From a virus (Duplodnaviria > Caudoviricetes): a DNA stretch of 64,000 bases. A model generated the notes under the pieces. It was not told the DNA's origin. It ran no database searches and saw nothing but the letters and a program-made list of their open reading frames with translations. The stretch's first letter is position 1. Each line of letters opens with the position of its first letter. Location of the stretch: positions 3,839-67,838 of IMG/VR virus record IMGVR_UViG_3300032244_000667; one strand, 5' to 3'. The translations under genes were made by a program, and so were the position numbers. This document shows, one piece after another, positions 1 through 11,400 of the stretch.

Positions 1-1
1 C

Positions 2-3000
2 GAAGTATTTTGGGACCAGATCTGGTTAGATATCCAACAAAACCGATTTGGATCGGTCAGCAACTACCCCCTGGTGCCATCCGGTATCGCATATAACTTC
101 AACAACTCCTCGTTGAGCGGTTGGCGAACCACAAGCCTATGGGGATCAGCCGGAGTCCTGATTACCGAGGCTAACAACGACCTGCCCACTATCCTCAACA
201 CATCCTGGTTTAGCTTTTTCTTCTCCTCTACGAGGATGTTTTACCCGACGGCACCTCAAGAAGATCGAGGGCACTTTAAGATTCGTACCAGTACTGATCC
301 TGGGATATGGGAGAAATCTTTCGGATTAAGGTACAACAATCTTCGCAGTGACCTGAAGAACTGGGAGTTCACAATTCACAAAGACGAGAGCACTGTCACC
401 AACCTCGAGAGGGACCTTAAACTCCCCTATATAATCCTTGATCCTGCCCTTCCCGGGTCCGTATTCTCTACGCTATGGCCCCCGGACGAATACAATCTCC
501 CCACTATCGGAAACCGGATTGGGGGGAGTCAGGGAACCGATTCCGAGATCACCCTCAAGTCGTTACGTGCGTTTAGGTATCAGCCAGGCCGTATCAGCGG
601 ATTCACGTATGGTGTGAAAATGAGCGAGATAGGGTCAGGTCCAGGGACCACCATTGAGTTTGGAATAGAAAACGATACCGACGCATATATGTTTAGGTTG
701 ACAAACGGAGCGAATTTCTCGATTGTCCGGAAGTCAACCGTCCCCCTGGAAAATACTATCTTCCTCCAGGATGCGGGGTATTCCGAAAACACCCGCACCA
801 TTATCCGAGCCGGTCAACTCCAGTACGAGACTACAATCGGTCAAAATATCATGAACGGGGACCCGTTGGGGGGAGAAGGAGAATCCGGATATATACTAAA
901 CCCTGACACAGTAACCATGTACAAGATAGAGTTTGGGTGGTACGGAGCCATTGGAGCCCGATTCTATGCCTACGTCCCTGTAGGGAATAATGACTGCCGT
1001 TGGGTTATTCTCCACACCCTCGTCATAGAGAATCAACTTGGTAGACCATGTCTAGCCGACCCGTTCTTCTACTTTAAATATAGACTTAGAGTTGACGACT
1101 CCTCAGCTATCCGTGTCGACCAAACTATCCACAAGTTCGGTGCGTCGTACTACATCGACGGATATGACGAAGGAAATCTTTACAGCCTCAATGCCCAATC
1201 CGGTCAACGTGCTCTCCCGAGCCCTGGATTTTCTGAGTCCAAGACTCGCCTGAGCTCCATAGACTGGATCACACTAATGGGAATTCGCCCTAAGCAGTTC
1301 CTGACTAACAGATTCGGAACCAATATCCTAAATAAAAAGGAAATATTCCCTGAACGTCTATACGTGTACAGCCAACAAGACTGCGAGATTAAAATAATTC
1401 GTCAGCGTGGGTGTCCGGAGTTTGCCTACAACAACCAAGAAGGTTATCGATGGGCATTACTACCAGCCTCCAGACGTCTTAAGGCAAAATTCACTATCTC
1501 CAACTACTTTGAGCTAGATCAATTGGGTCTGGGAATAGTTGCCTCTGACCCATCTACCTACACCGCTATTGCCTCGTACAATACCCAGTCGTCCGGCATT
1601 TTCAGAGATCCGACAATCTCCAATAATTGGGCTGTAATAGGAGACCAAGTAGTTAGGATCCTGGGGGACGACTTATTCGCTCTTTACACTACCTCGAAAG
1701 ATTTTTCTGGCAGCAGTCTCATCTTAAACCTCAAACGTAGTGGCGGATACCTGTCTAGCCGAAACCCCCTTCCTCCCGCCGAAAACTCCAACGTATATCT
1801 CCCATTCACCTACTCTGCAATTAGTCCATACGGGTCCGGATACGATATCGAGTTTGACTACTTCCGACGAGATCAGACTCTACTCTCGACGATAGATATC
1901 TACAGTGGGGAATTTTATGTGTACTGGGTTGGATTGGAGATCAATGGGGCTATACCTGCCCATGTGTCCGGTATTAGATTTGGGTTTGCGTGGCCAAATA
2001 CTACCAGCCCATCTAGTAATATTTACGCTACCTCGTCCAATATAAACTGGGGTATAGAGCCTAATGCCGAATATGACAGGGATAACTTTTATGAAGGGTT
2101 GCCCTACGATTTTGCTAGGGAGTATAAGGATAATAGCTTGTATATAGAGACTCCCGTGTTTGTTCAGTCCGACCAATTTAACATTGAGAGAAACGAGGCC
2201 CTAAACCTTCGGGATTTCTTCAATCTAACTCTAAACCGATCCCTTAGTGTCCCCGGTACCGAAGGCGGAGAGTGTAGCGGCCTTATGGGTAAAGTATCCA
2301 GGCAAGTAGTCAATAACGTATCAATTATAGTGGAGGGTTCTAATTACTATGTTCTGTCTACCGAACTACCTTGGCCAAATCTGAGCCCAAATAGCTTCAG
2401 TGTTACCTTGTCTCAGGGGTCTGTATCGGGCAGTGTCACCACCACTGGTGGCATTGAACGGGTTGTTGATGACACTACGGTGTATCTGCTACCTATCGGG
2501 AACACTTTGCCTTTAGGTATCTCTATTGGATCTGCTACTGCAATATACAATAATGTGTTCATAGCCTCTATCGATGAACAATCTAAGGTCAGAACTATAC
2601 TGGTTTCCAGTATAGCCCCGGCCGATATTCCATTTGTCAGAGTATTCGTACAAGGTCGCCAAGGTGTCAGTATAGGTGGTGTATGGGTCGGTCAAAAAAC
2701 CGCCAATGGGATCAAAATAGACCCACTTACTCCCCATCGCTCCACTTTGTCGATTTCTGATACAGGCGTAGACTACCATAGCCAGTGGTCTAGCAGCCCT
2801 CAGATTGACGGGGCGGTAAAATCTATTCTCCCTAGAACCCAACTAGACTCATTGGGAGTATCAACTGCCCCGACACTAGATGCTAGCGAAGCTACCCTGG
2901 ACACCTACAAGTCAATCCACACTAACCCCCGTAAGTGCGGGAGTTTCATCACTAGTTCTGGTACCAACTCGGCAGGTATTATGCTTGGTGGAGAGTATCC

Positions 3001-3229
3001 CCTCAGGTGGTTTTCCAATCCGGGGCAAGAATCACCCCTCGGTACGTTTTACGTCACGGCCAATGAACCGACAGAAATCGATCTCGGTGCGATATTCAAC
3101 GTATCAAGTGAGATCATAGTCGGCGATGAAGACAACAACCTTGCCACGTTTTTTATCGCCCGAGCCCTCAACAACCACTCCGAAACAGACTCGGACATCT
3201 ACTTGTCACTAAACTATACCGAGCAGTAG
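2..3229 (+). CDS. Large virion structural protein (cyanophage tail/baseplate type), 5' truncated by window edge
   Basis: Frame is open from position 2 (EVFWDQIWL...), so the GTG at 74 is not the true start. SLRAFRYQPGRISGFTYG and MYKIEFGWYGAIGA resemble cyanophage virion proteins; S/T/G/N-rich, beta-rich composition. Confidence 0.6.
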   Translation, partial: EVFWDQIWLDIQQNRFGSVSNYPLVPSGIAYNFNNSSLSGWRTTSLWGSAGVLITEANNDLPTILNTSWFSFFFSSTRMFYPTAPQEDRGHFKIRTSTDPGIWEKSFGLRYNNLRSDLKNWEFTIHKDESTVTNLERDLKLPYIILDPALPGSVFSTLWPPDEYNLPTIGNRIGGSQGTDSEITLKSLRAFRYQPGRISGFTYGVKMSEIGSGPGTTIEFGIENDTDAYMFRLTNGANFSIVRKSTVPLENTIFLQDAGYSENTRTIIRAGQLQYETTIGQNIMNGDPLGGEGESGYILNPDTVTMYKIEFGWYGAIGARFYAYVPVGNNDCRWVILHTLVIENQLGRPCLADPFFYFKYRLRVDDSSAIRVDQTIHKFGASYYIDGYDEGNLYSLNAQSGQRALPSPGFSESKTRLSSIDWITLMGIRPKQFLTNRFGTNILNKKEIFPERLYVYSQQDCEIKIIRQRGCPEFAYNNQEGYRWALLPASRRLKAKFTISNYFELDQLGLGIVASDPSTYTAIASYNTQSSGIFRDPTISNNWAVIGDQVVRILGDDLFALYTTSKDFSGSSLILNLKRSGGYLSSRNPLPPAENSNVYLPFTYSAISPYGSGYDIEFDYFRRDQTLLSTIDIYSGEFYVYWVGLEINGAIPAHVSGIRFGFAWPNTTSPSSNIYATSSNINWGIEPNAEYDRDNFYEGLPYDFAREYKDNSLYIETPVFVQSDQFNIERNEALNLRDFFNLTLNRSLSVPGTEGGECSGLMGKVSRQVVNNVSIIVEGSNYYVLSTELPWPNLSPNSFSVTLSQGSVSGSVTTTGGIERVVDDTTVYLLPIGNTLPLGISIGSATAIYNNVFIASIDEQSKVRTILVSSIAPADIPFVRVFVQGRQGVSIGGVWVGQKTANGIKIDPLTPHRSTLSISDTGVDYHSQWSSSPQIDGAVKSILPRTQLDSLGVSTAPTLDASEATLDTYKSIHTNPRKCGSFITSSGTNSAGIMLGGEYPLRWFSNPGQESPLGTFYVTANEPTEIDLGAIFNVSSEIIVGDEDNNLATFFIARALNNHSETDSDIYLSLNYTEQ

Positions 3230-3230
3230 C

Positions 3231-3239
3231 GTTGAAAGC
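3231..3239 (+). promoter_or_regulatory. Putative phage late promoter element GTTGAAAGC
   Basis: Exact motif, intergenic, 35 nt upstream of ATG 3266; followed by CATATAG. Confidence 0.8.
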
Positions 3240-3265
3240 CATATAGCAAGGTAGTAGCAGTTCTC

Positions 3266-6200
3266 ATGTCAGAGGCTCCTTTCACTGGGTTCGGAACTTT
3301 CTCCCGTCCGGAAATAGGCCTGATTTCTGACGGATCTCAGAATTTAGGAGAGATTTTTGACTCGGACAGACGAACCGCGCTGAGAAATATTTTACTGGAC
3401 CCGGAGATATTAGATTCGATTAGCGGCATATCTCAAAGTGTTGGTAGAGAGGATCTCCGGTCAGTATCCGGTCTTTCCAGTCTTTTGCTCCCATCACTGA
3501 ACGTTCAGTCCCAAGTATTTTACGACGTCATACCCACTCGGCTGTTCGTTAACAAAGAATTTTATGGTACTAACTCGACCCTGGGGGGATCGGGGAACCC
3601 CCAGGTAAAGCAACCCAACGTCGTGTTGTTTAACGGCCTCATTAAGTGTGCTGGAGTCGAGTACCAAGCTAACACCATCGGGGAGAGTCTGTTCACCAAC
3701 CCTGTCCGTCAGAAAGTCTCTCTATCTACATCCCGTTCCAGCCTATTTAATACCGAAGCCGATACGGTTAACCCTGGATTTTTTCTCTCAGCCAAATACC
3801 CTGGATCTGTACGAGTAAGAAAACGGTCCCACGTTAATAGGATTCTGGTACCACTAGCATCGTTTACCGTCCGCTCCTCAGTTGCAGAAACCCCCTCCCA
3901 CACAATCCGTGTCAATATCGACAATGGCAATACGGGAACGAGTGTACCGGTCAGGTTGCTAGCCACCAAAAACACACCGCTAAGGATCTTTTGTCGACTT
4001 GGGGTGGGGTCGATTCGGTTCACGTTTACCGATTCATCGGCCCCCTACTTCTTCGGTTACCAGATCCAGCCGATCCAGCAGCGACCAAACCGTCCTGTGG
4101 TAGAGTTTCTCCCTACTATCCCTATCTCCCAGTCCGTAGGGTCGGATACATTCACTTTGAATCTGGACATAACCTCCACTGGGTACCAAAATCTTTACGA
4201 CCTTTACCTGTACGTGTATGTTAATCCCGAGAAGGTGCGGGGAATCGAATTCACCGGAATAAACATCAAGGAGACTCCAGACCGACGTGATCTGGGTCTG
4301 ATCGGCTTTAATAACCTCGAGACGTTTAAGGTATCGGGGGGATCAATGTCTATTCTCCCTTTGTGGCTCAAGACCCTTAGCACAAAACTGACCTCCATTG
4401 GTCTTTCTGCCAGCAGTGACACTTGGCGCAACGGCCCGATGAGTTGGTTCGACTACAGGGACTCAACGGCCGTACCGTCCCTCTCCTTGCCCCCATATAC
4501 CGCAATCAGCTATCTAACCATCCCTAAACGCGGCACTATGGTGAATGAAAACGGGACTGGCTGGTCCGATGCAGTGTTTCAAAAATACATAACCAATGCG
4601 TCTCGGACTGCTGGGACGGACTACCGCCAACTGACCACGTTAACCAGTTTGGTTCTTGTCAACCAGTTTCGTGGACTCAACCCACGTTTTGATGATGTAG
4701 CCCCCAACCTAAGAGAGCTACAGTGGTCTAGCCCTGGGAGATCTGTAGACCTTGGTGCTGTACCTCAACGTTTCTTGTTTGGAACATTGCCGCGTATAGC
4801 TAAAAATACCAGCTTGATTACTTACAATATCTCTGGTTCAGGGGCGCAGGGAAACATAAATGAAATCGGCATTTCTACAGATCCCTCAAACTCTGGACAC
4901 ATTTCTAAATACCGTATTAGCCAATTTAATGTCTCGGGTTTACTAGAACTTGGCAGTAATATCACCGGTTTTATAAATAATCCTGCAGAAGATTGGTCAG
5001 AATGGAGATTAAATTGTACAGCCATTCAGATTAATTCAGCCGGCTCTGGCATTAGCATTTCTCTGCAAAACGGGAAATGGGATTCCTTGACCACTTTATC
5101 CATAGATCGTTGTGGAGGAGCACAGTTCACCACCCCCTCGACCGCTTTGCAGGCACCTAATCTAAGTAGTCTGGATTTAGTTATCACGGGAACTACTGGC
5201 TCTATGCCAGGATTAGGGTCATCGTCATCTAATAATACGGGACAACTTGTTAGTTTTAATGTTTCAGGTTCAAACAATATCACTGGAATTCCAACTAATG
5301 GTATTAACTATTTCCTTCCTATTAATTTTGCCCCTCCAAGGGGTTCTGATGTTGGCCATAAACTTACTAGTCTTATTGCTTCAGATAACACCTTAACTTA
5401 CCGTTTTCGCCGCAATGATCTAATCAACTTGCACTCCCTAACCAGGCTAGAGTTTGCCAGAAGCTTAATGACCGGAAGGTTTCCCCAACTACCCCTAGAT
5501 CAGTTCTTCGAGACAGTTAGCAAAAAGATCACAACTTCTTGTTCTAATTCTAATATTTATGATATCAGAAACTTGTCTATATCCAATGAGAATTTTTATA
5601 CCTCCAGGGACCTTTTTTATATGGACGCCTTTAGTCTTAATGCGTCCGGAGGGGGGGCCTTACTACCAACATTTCAGGGTACTTCCCGGTCTCAGATTTC
5701 GTATGTAAATTTGGCTAATTCCCAAAGAAGTACCTATCCAAGTGATTGGGCTATTTCATCTCTCAGTGGGGCATGCATATCCCAAACTGATGGGGCTACT
5801 CAAATTACAGGATTAACCCTAAACCGAATTATCCAATCCGCATTGGGATCACCCTGGCACCCAGACGATAATGTTTATACTTTAACTGGAAGTTCAGGAC
5901 TTAGGCAGAGAGTTTTAGTTAACGACTCGATTAGGGGGTCGGCCACTGGCATAGAATTATCCCGTGTCATATCAGTATCAGATACCTCAATAACCATTGA
6001 TAGGGATATAGCTGGAACATTACCTGGAACTCTGTTCTTTACTAGAAATACTAACCCCATAGGTGACTGGTTCGAGTCGGGATTTATTGATACCCAGAGA
6101 GTCAATATATCGAATTGCAGACTGTCTGGATCGTTAAATATTAGATCTGGTATGCTAAAAATATCAGATTTGGACATTTTTGCTCTAGATCTATCCGAAA

Positions 6201-6826
6201 ATCTAATAACAGACTATGTAGTTGGGGGTCTATCTTTAATATTTAGAGGTGACTCCCGCCGTATCACTATTAATTTGTCTAAGAACCAGCTCTCTGTAAA
6301 TGCAATCCGCCAGATTATCAATGAAATTTACAATATTGATCAGTTAAGTAAATTTACTAGCTGCAGAGTATTATTATCCTTTAACAAGCTTGATATCAAC
6401 TCAAAATACGTAAACTATCTGCAGTCTGAGTTGTTCCCCACCGTTGTTAGTCAGGGACCAGATCGCATAGTTTCCCTGTTCCGAAATGAGCAATTTTACC
6501 TATTTCAGAATGTGACAGTAACAGATGAATTTGGCAACTCCACTACTCAACGTACTATCATAGGAACTACAACAATCTCTATACCTGGAGGATTAATTGG
6601 ATCAGAGTACTACAAGACTAAGGTTGACAAAATTCAATCTACCTCTGAAAGTTCAATAGCTACCAAGTTTAAAAATTTATCTGGTATTCGAATAGACCTT
6701 GGATTTAACTACATCCCCCCTAGAACTTCTTCGGTTGTGTACGCCACCCAGTACAGCAATTTGACCACCAGGTATCAGTCTATAATTGAAGCTGGATACA
6801 GCCCTGCCGACCTAGTAACCCCTTAA
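3266..6826 (+). CDS. Virion/tail-fibre protein with leucine-rich-repeat-like solenoid
   Basis: 1186 aa; repeated LxxLxLxxNxL-like units (LTTLSIDRC, LSSLDLVIT, LTSLIASDNTL, LDLSENLI, INLSKNQL); preceded by the late motif. Confidence 0.55.
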   Translation: MSEAPFTGFGTFSRPEIGLISDGSQNLGEIFDSDRRTALRNILLDPEILDSISGISQSVGREDLRSVSGLSSLLLPSLNVQSQVFYDVIPTRLFVNKEFYGTNSTLGGSGNPQVKQPNVVLFNGLIKCAGVEYQANTIGESLFTNPVRQKVSLSTSRSSLFNTEADTVNPGFFLSAKYPGSVRVRKRSHVNRILVPLASFTVRSSVAETPSHTIRVNIDNGNTGTSVPVRLLATKNTPLRIFCRLGVGSIRFTFTDSSAPYFFGYQIQPIQQRPNRPVVEFLPTIPISQSVGSDTFTLNLDITSTGYQNLYDLYLYVYVNPEKVRGIEFTGINIKETPDRRDLGLIGFNNLETFKVSGGSMSILPLWLKTLSTKLTSIGLSASSDTWRNGPMSWFDYRDSTAVPSLSLPPYTAISYLTIPKRGTMVNENGTGWSDAVFQKYITNASRTAGTDYRQLTTLTSLVLVNQFRGLNPRFDDVAPNLRELQWSSPGRSVDLGAVPQRFLFGTLPRIAKNTSLITYNISGSGAQGNINEIGISTDPSNSGHISKYRISQFNVSGLLELGSNITGFINNPAEDWSEWRLNCTAIQINSAGSGISISLQNGKWDSLTTLSIDRCGGAQFTTPSTALQAPNLSSLDLVITGTTGSMPGLGSSSSNNTGQLVSFNVSGSNNITGIPTNGINYFLPINFAPPRGSDVGHKLTSLIASDNTLTYRFRRNDLINLHSLTRLEFARSLMTGRFPQLPLDQFFETVSKKITTSCSNSNIYDIRNLSISNENFYTSRDLFYMDAFSLNASGGGALLPTFQGTSRSQISYVNLANSQRSTYPSDWAISSLSGACISQTDGATQITGLTLNRIIQSALGSPWHPDDNVYTLTGSSGLRQRVLVNDSIRGSATGIELSRVISVSDTSITIDRDIAGTLPGTLFFTRNTNPIGDWFESGFIDTQRVNISNCRLSGSLNIRSGMLKISDLDIFALDLSENLITDYVVGGLSLIFRGDSRRITINLSKNQLSVNAIRQIINEIYNIDQLSKFTSCRVLLSFNKLDINSKYVNYLQSELFPTVVSQGPDRIVSLFRNEQFYLFQNVTVTDEFGNSTTQRTIIGTTTISIPGGLIGSEYYKTKVDKIQSTSESSIATKFKNLSGIRIDLGFNYIPPRTSSVVYATQYSNLTTRYQSIIEAGYSPADLVTP

Positions 6827-6829
6827 CTC

Positions 6830-8410
6830 ATGTCTGGACTTTATACACGATCTAACCTGTCAGAGAACGGACTAAACGCTTCCGAAGCTCTTCAAAAACT
6901 GTATAAACCTCAAATTCAAAATGACATAAATCTATTCGCGTACTCGTCAGTACTGAGGTCTCAAATATCTTCCCCCTCTGACATATTTGCTCTTATTAAC
7001 TTTCCAATCTCTAATATATCTGGAACCGTCTCACTTCGGACCAAATTTTTAACTAACTCGTATACATTTTCTAATGACAACGAGGTCTGGTTTGAAAAAG
7101 TCGGGGTACCCATAGACAAAAGGACATCCTTAGAAACAAACGGAGCCGATTTACGCTATTCGGTGAATGGTTCAGTGGCTAATGCTCTTGTAAAGAGCGT
7201 TGGGAGTGGGTACTATGTTGTAGATTCTAGCGGTCAGGAGGTATCTTCATATCCAGCTACCGTAGACGTCAGAGTCATAGGAATTTTATCTTACTCTGAT
7301 AACGCTGTTGTCCGGATCACAGTAAATTCTAATGGCACAATTGGGAATGAAGTCAGAATTATCGAGGGTGGTACAGGGTACACAGACTACGAATCTCTGG
7401 AATTACTGCCTCTGTGTCAGGGGCAAGAAAAAGAGTCGTTAAACAGATGTATTAGGTACACCTCCGCTAACTCTTTAGCTCAGATTAATCCATCTATTTC
7501 CGCCTCAATTAAGAACATAAAATATACCTACACGGTAAAATTTTCTGATTCTGACGGATTCTTTTTGTACGACACTAGTTCGAATAAATGGTTGTATCTG
7601 GGTTCGTTTTACAACAACATCTCCCAGTTGACCGGTACTATAACTTTGTCCAGAATAGATAGTATCGAGCCAGAAAATTTGGGGTATTTATATAATTTAA
7701 ACGCCAGATCATTCTTTTTTAGTTACTTGTATGCATATACTATACCAAACAATTTACTTTCTACACTGACTTCTATTACCAGTTCAGTAGAATCTATCAA
7801 TAGCAGTTTACCACTATTTGTCCAAAATAGTCGCCCTTACCGGTTTAATACAGATTCTGGAAACCCCTTGGGGATAACCTACAATGTATTCGAAGGTGCG
7901 AACATAAGTTCCGACTACAGAGTAATTTTTCGAGACCCTGATGGTGTGTTGGACCAGGAATCGGTTGACTTCTTCACACTTCGTGATACCTTGTCAGGAC
8001 AAAACAACTATAAGATAGGTAATGTCACCGTACCAGGAATCTGGTTATTCTCCGGAGACAAATACCAACGTGCGTTTAGTTCTGACGACAAACCCTTTTT
8101 CAGCGTCCTTGGGCGCAAATACCTAAGTCCGGCACTCTACAATTTAAACGGCAACGAACTATCCGAATCCGGACAGCTAAAATACTCGATATCAGCCTCA
8201 TACAGAAATCCAGTGACCGGAACTGTACGTGGTTTTAATACTGAGGTCGGAACCTTGGTACAGGCAATATCCAGTACTACTGGCCGGGGTGGATTCGTAT
8301 ACCACAGGCCACTGACTGTGACGACAGTGTCAGGAATCAGTTCGTGGCCCATACTATCCTACACGGATAACTCTGGAGTCACAAGAGACGCAAAATTTCT
8401 AGCTATTTAG
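6830..8410 (+). CDS. Virion structural/tail-fibre-associated protein
   Basis: 526 aa, 3 nt after the previous gene; N-terminal GLxxxSNLSE..AL motif shared with neighbours; VKSVGSGY/IIEGGTGY cyanophage-type repeats. Confidence 0.55.
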   Translation: MSGLYTRSNLSENGLNASEALQKLYKPQIQNDINLFAYSSVLRSQISSPSDIFALINFPISNISGTVSLRTKFLTNSYTFSNDNEVWFEKVGVPIDKRTSLETNGADLRYSVNGSVANALVKSVGSGYYVVDSSGQEVSSYPATVDVRVIGILSYSDNAVVRITVNSNGTIGNEVRIIEGGTGYTDYESLELLPLCQGQEKESLNRCIRYTSANSLAQINPSISASIKNIKYTYTVKFSDSDGFFLYDTSSNKWLYLGSFYNNISQLTGTITLSRIDSIEPENLGYLYNLNARSFFFSYLYAYTIPNNLLSTLTSITSSVESINSSLPLFVQNSRPYRFNTDSGNPLGITYNVFEGANISSDYRVIFRDPDGVLDQESVDFFTLRDTLSGQNNYKIGNVTVPGIWLFSGDKYQRAFSSDDKPFFSVLGRKYLSPALYNLNGNELSESGQLKYSISASYRNPVTGTVRGFNTEVGTLVQAISSTTGRGGFVYHRPLTVTTVSGISSWPILSYTDNSGVTRDAKFLAI

Positions 8411-11400
8411 ATTTACAAAACAGAAATACGAGTCCTTTGCTTTTTCTCCACTCCCTATATACTCCAACACGTCTTCGTCCAGAGATGGATTAAGTAGAGT
8501 ATCAATTCGGAAGCGGTGGCTGTAGGAATTTAAATTGAGAGTCACCGGACTGCTAAGAACCGTGATGGCGTCTAGACCAAAGAACTCGAGCTTTTCAGTA
8601 ATCCGGAGGACATGACCCCCCAGGGCAGATTGACCAGGGTTCCCCCAAATCACATCGTGGTTGCCTATTGAACCCGTAGCCAGTTCGTTATCACTTTGAG
8701 CCACACCGGTCAGTAACGGGTTACTAGTTGCGTACGGAGGGTAGCAAATTCCTCTACTAAATTCCGGCTTATCGAACCCAAAGGGGGTTACCCGGTCCGC
8801 TGGAGGCCCAGGGATTTCGCTCAAGCTTGGTGATAGGGTTCCAGTGGAATATGTTAGCTTCAGAACATCTCCAAATGACACCCCTTCACCCATATCAACC
8901 TTGGCGTACTGAAAAGCCAAATCAGATTCGGTATAAAACTCCACAAACTTTCCACTAAACGACGCCACCTCCGCACCACCTGTTAGGACCGATGCTAATG
9001 TTGTGGTAAACGCTAACAGGTTGAAACCAGACACCACGACTTTTTCGACTGACAACGTCAACGGTGCTACGAATCCGGCTACTCCGGTTGTAAATCCGGA
9101 GTCATTTGCTACCCTGGTGCATGTGACCGTCACCGGAGACAACCAGGCAGGACTGGAGAAAGCCGGCAACCCGTAAAGTGTTGGATCGTTGCTAGCCGCC
9201 ACGGTGCCCAGGTTAGAGACCGTGTAGTATTTGTTGTTCAGTCCGGTACTGGGTACTGTCGGGTTTGTCCACAGATACAGTTGTGCGGATCTGGGGGTTA
9301 GGTTAGCCGCCGCTGCGGTGAGGTGATTCGGACTCCCACCCAGATCATTCACACCCAGCAGTGTGGCGTCCGACCCGATGGAGTTATTCACCGGCAAGGC
9401 GTTCACAATCAGTTTACCTCCCTCCCCCAACCTATTAGGTTTCAACAAAAGTCCAATGTAGTTTGACCCCCTAGGCTGTCCAGAACTATATCTAGACTCC
9501 CCCAGAATGATATTGGGGATGGAACTAAATACTCCAGATCCATTCCCGTATAGACCTACCCCAATAGCTTCAGAGTTTAAAATACCTCTAAAACTATTTT
9601 TTAAAAACCCATCAATAGGTGTGTTTTCTAAGCTCGGAGTCTGTCCCAGATTGTATGGGCTCCCTTCGGAAATCTTCCACCAATCAGGTTTAGAGTCAAG
9701 AGGTGCTCGACGAAAATCAGGTATGTAAGATCCGTCGGTTAAGTCGCTATAGTTCTTGTGTTCAGGTCCTGGGGAGGCTATACGCCCACTCCACATCGGT
9801 GTGGGAGACTCTGAGACTACTGGGGAGACTCGGAGCACATATGGGCCGGCCACTAACCCGGTTGTGGTGCTGGTAACAATTGTTCCATTGGTTGCCAGTG
9901 AGATAACTACAGCCGGTGACAAGGCCCCACCATTGAATTCCACCAGCTCGTATTTTACCGACGCGTTCACATCTTGCAAGATGCTGATAATACCCGTTAA
10001 CTGCAAGGAAGACACGGACCACGCCCCATTGGATCCCGACAAAGTCACATCCCAGTCCGACCCGTAGTAAGTTTTGGTTCCAGAGAGTTCTAGGGTGTTG
10101 ATAAATAGGTTGGGTTCGGCTGGAATACTAGCAGTACTGTCTACTCTATCCGAACCTCCCCGGAATAACCGGATGGTGATAGGGACATATCCCACCCAAT
10201 CATTAGCCCCAGCCCCAGTAAGCAATTTGTATTTACCTGCTAACCCGGAGGTATTAAAAGAGCCGGAAGCCACGTACGAGTCGGATGGTCCCCTTGTAGC
10301 AGCGGTATCGGTATCAAATACAGTTAACCAACTTGCTGAGTTCCCAGCAACATCCAAGTCTATCCGGATATTCACATTAGTTTGAACGGTGAAAACGTAC
10401 GACCCCGGGGTAATTAGCAGGTAACCATCCCACCTAATCCCCCAATTATACTGTTCACCCCTTAGTGGTAAAGGATTTTCCCTCCACCTCATGTTAGAAT
10501 CCTGTACAATGCTTCTTTCAGATTCTCCAATCTGTGTTCTAGCGTTAGGATATGGATCCCAACGACTCTCAATATATGATTTAGTGTACCAATAGTTACG
10601 TTGGATCAGGGGTAAAATTAAACCGCCCCGACTAGTTAACAACCTGGGAGATGTAGTAGTAACAGAGTCATCAGGACCACCCGGATTGGTAACTCCGGTA
10701 CTGCCGGGATTATCAGTAAACCATTTGGGTTTGTTTATTACCGATATCGGCCGACTCATGGTAAAAATAGAGTTTACAAACACACCTGATCCAACAATCT
10801 GCCTGATTGCTAATAAATTGCTCAGGCCACTATTTACAGTCCAAGATCCCGGGGACTCGAGAAGCAAAGTAACATCCGAACCGGAAATGGATAATTTCTG
10901 CCCACCAGTCACTGTGTACGAATCCAGACCGATTACAACAGCACTTCTGCCCCCTAAAATAGATGACGCGGCTATAGGTGTGACACCATCTGGCCCTAGC
11001 AACGCAGCCACAGTGACAACACTGGTGCTGGAGTCAAACGTAAACCGTATTCTACCGATATCTACTGGGCCCTTATCGATGTAAAACTGGGCGTCAGGTC
11101 CGCTATGAAAGCCCTGAATACTGCCCTTACCATAAAACGAATCGACAAAGGATAACCTATCCTCAATCCGGATTCGGGGTCTTGTGGATCTCCCCAGTCC
11201 AGACAATGGTGATAAAAAGGAACTGTTGATACCCCCCTCCAGAAAGTTTCGGGTTATCGCCCAATCATCCGCGTTATAATCTCTCCCGTATAAGGTTTTT
11301 TCCGCAACGTCAAGTACGTTTATCTTACTCAGCAGATTGTTAAGGGTTTTGAAATTATCACTGACATCGGACAGAGCGTTTGACCGTTTTAGGCCCAAAA

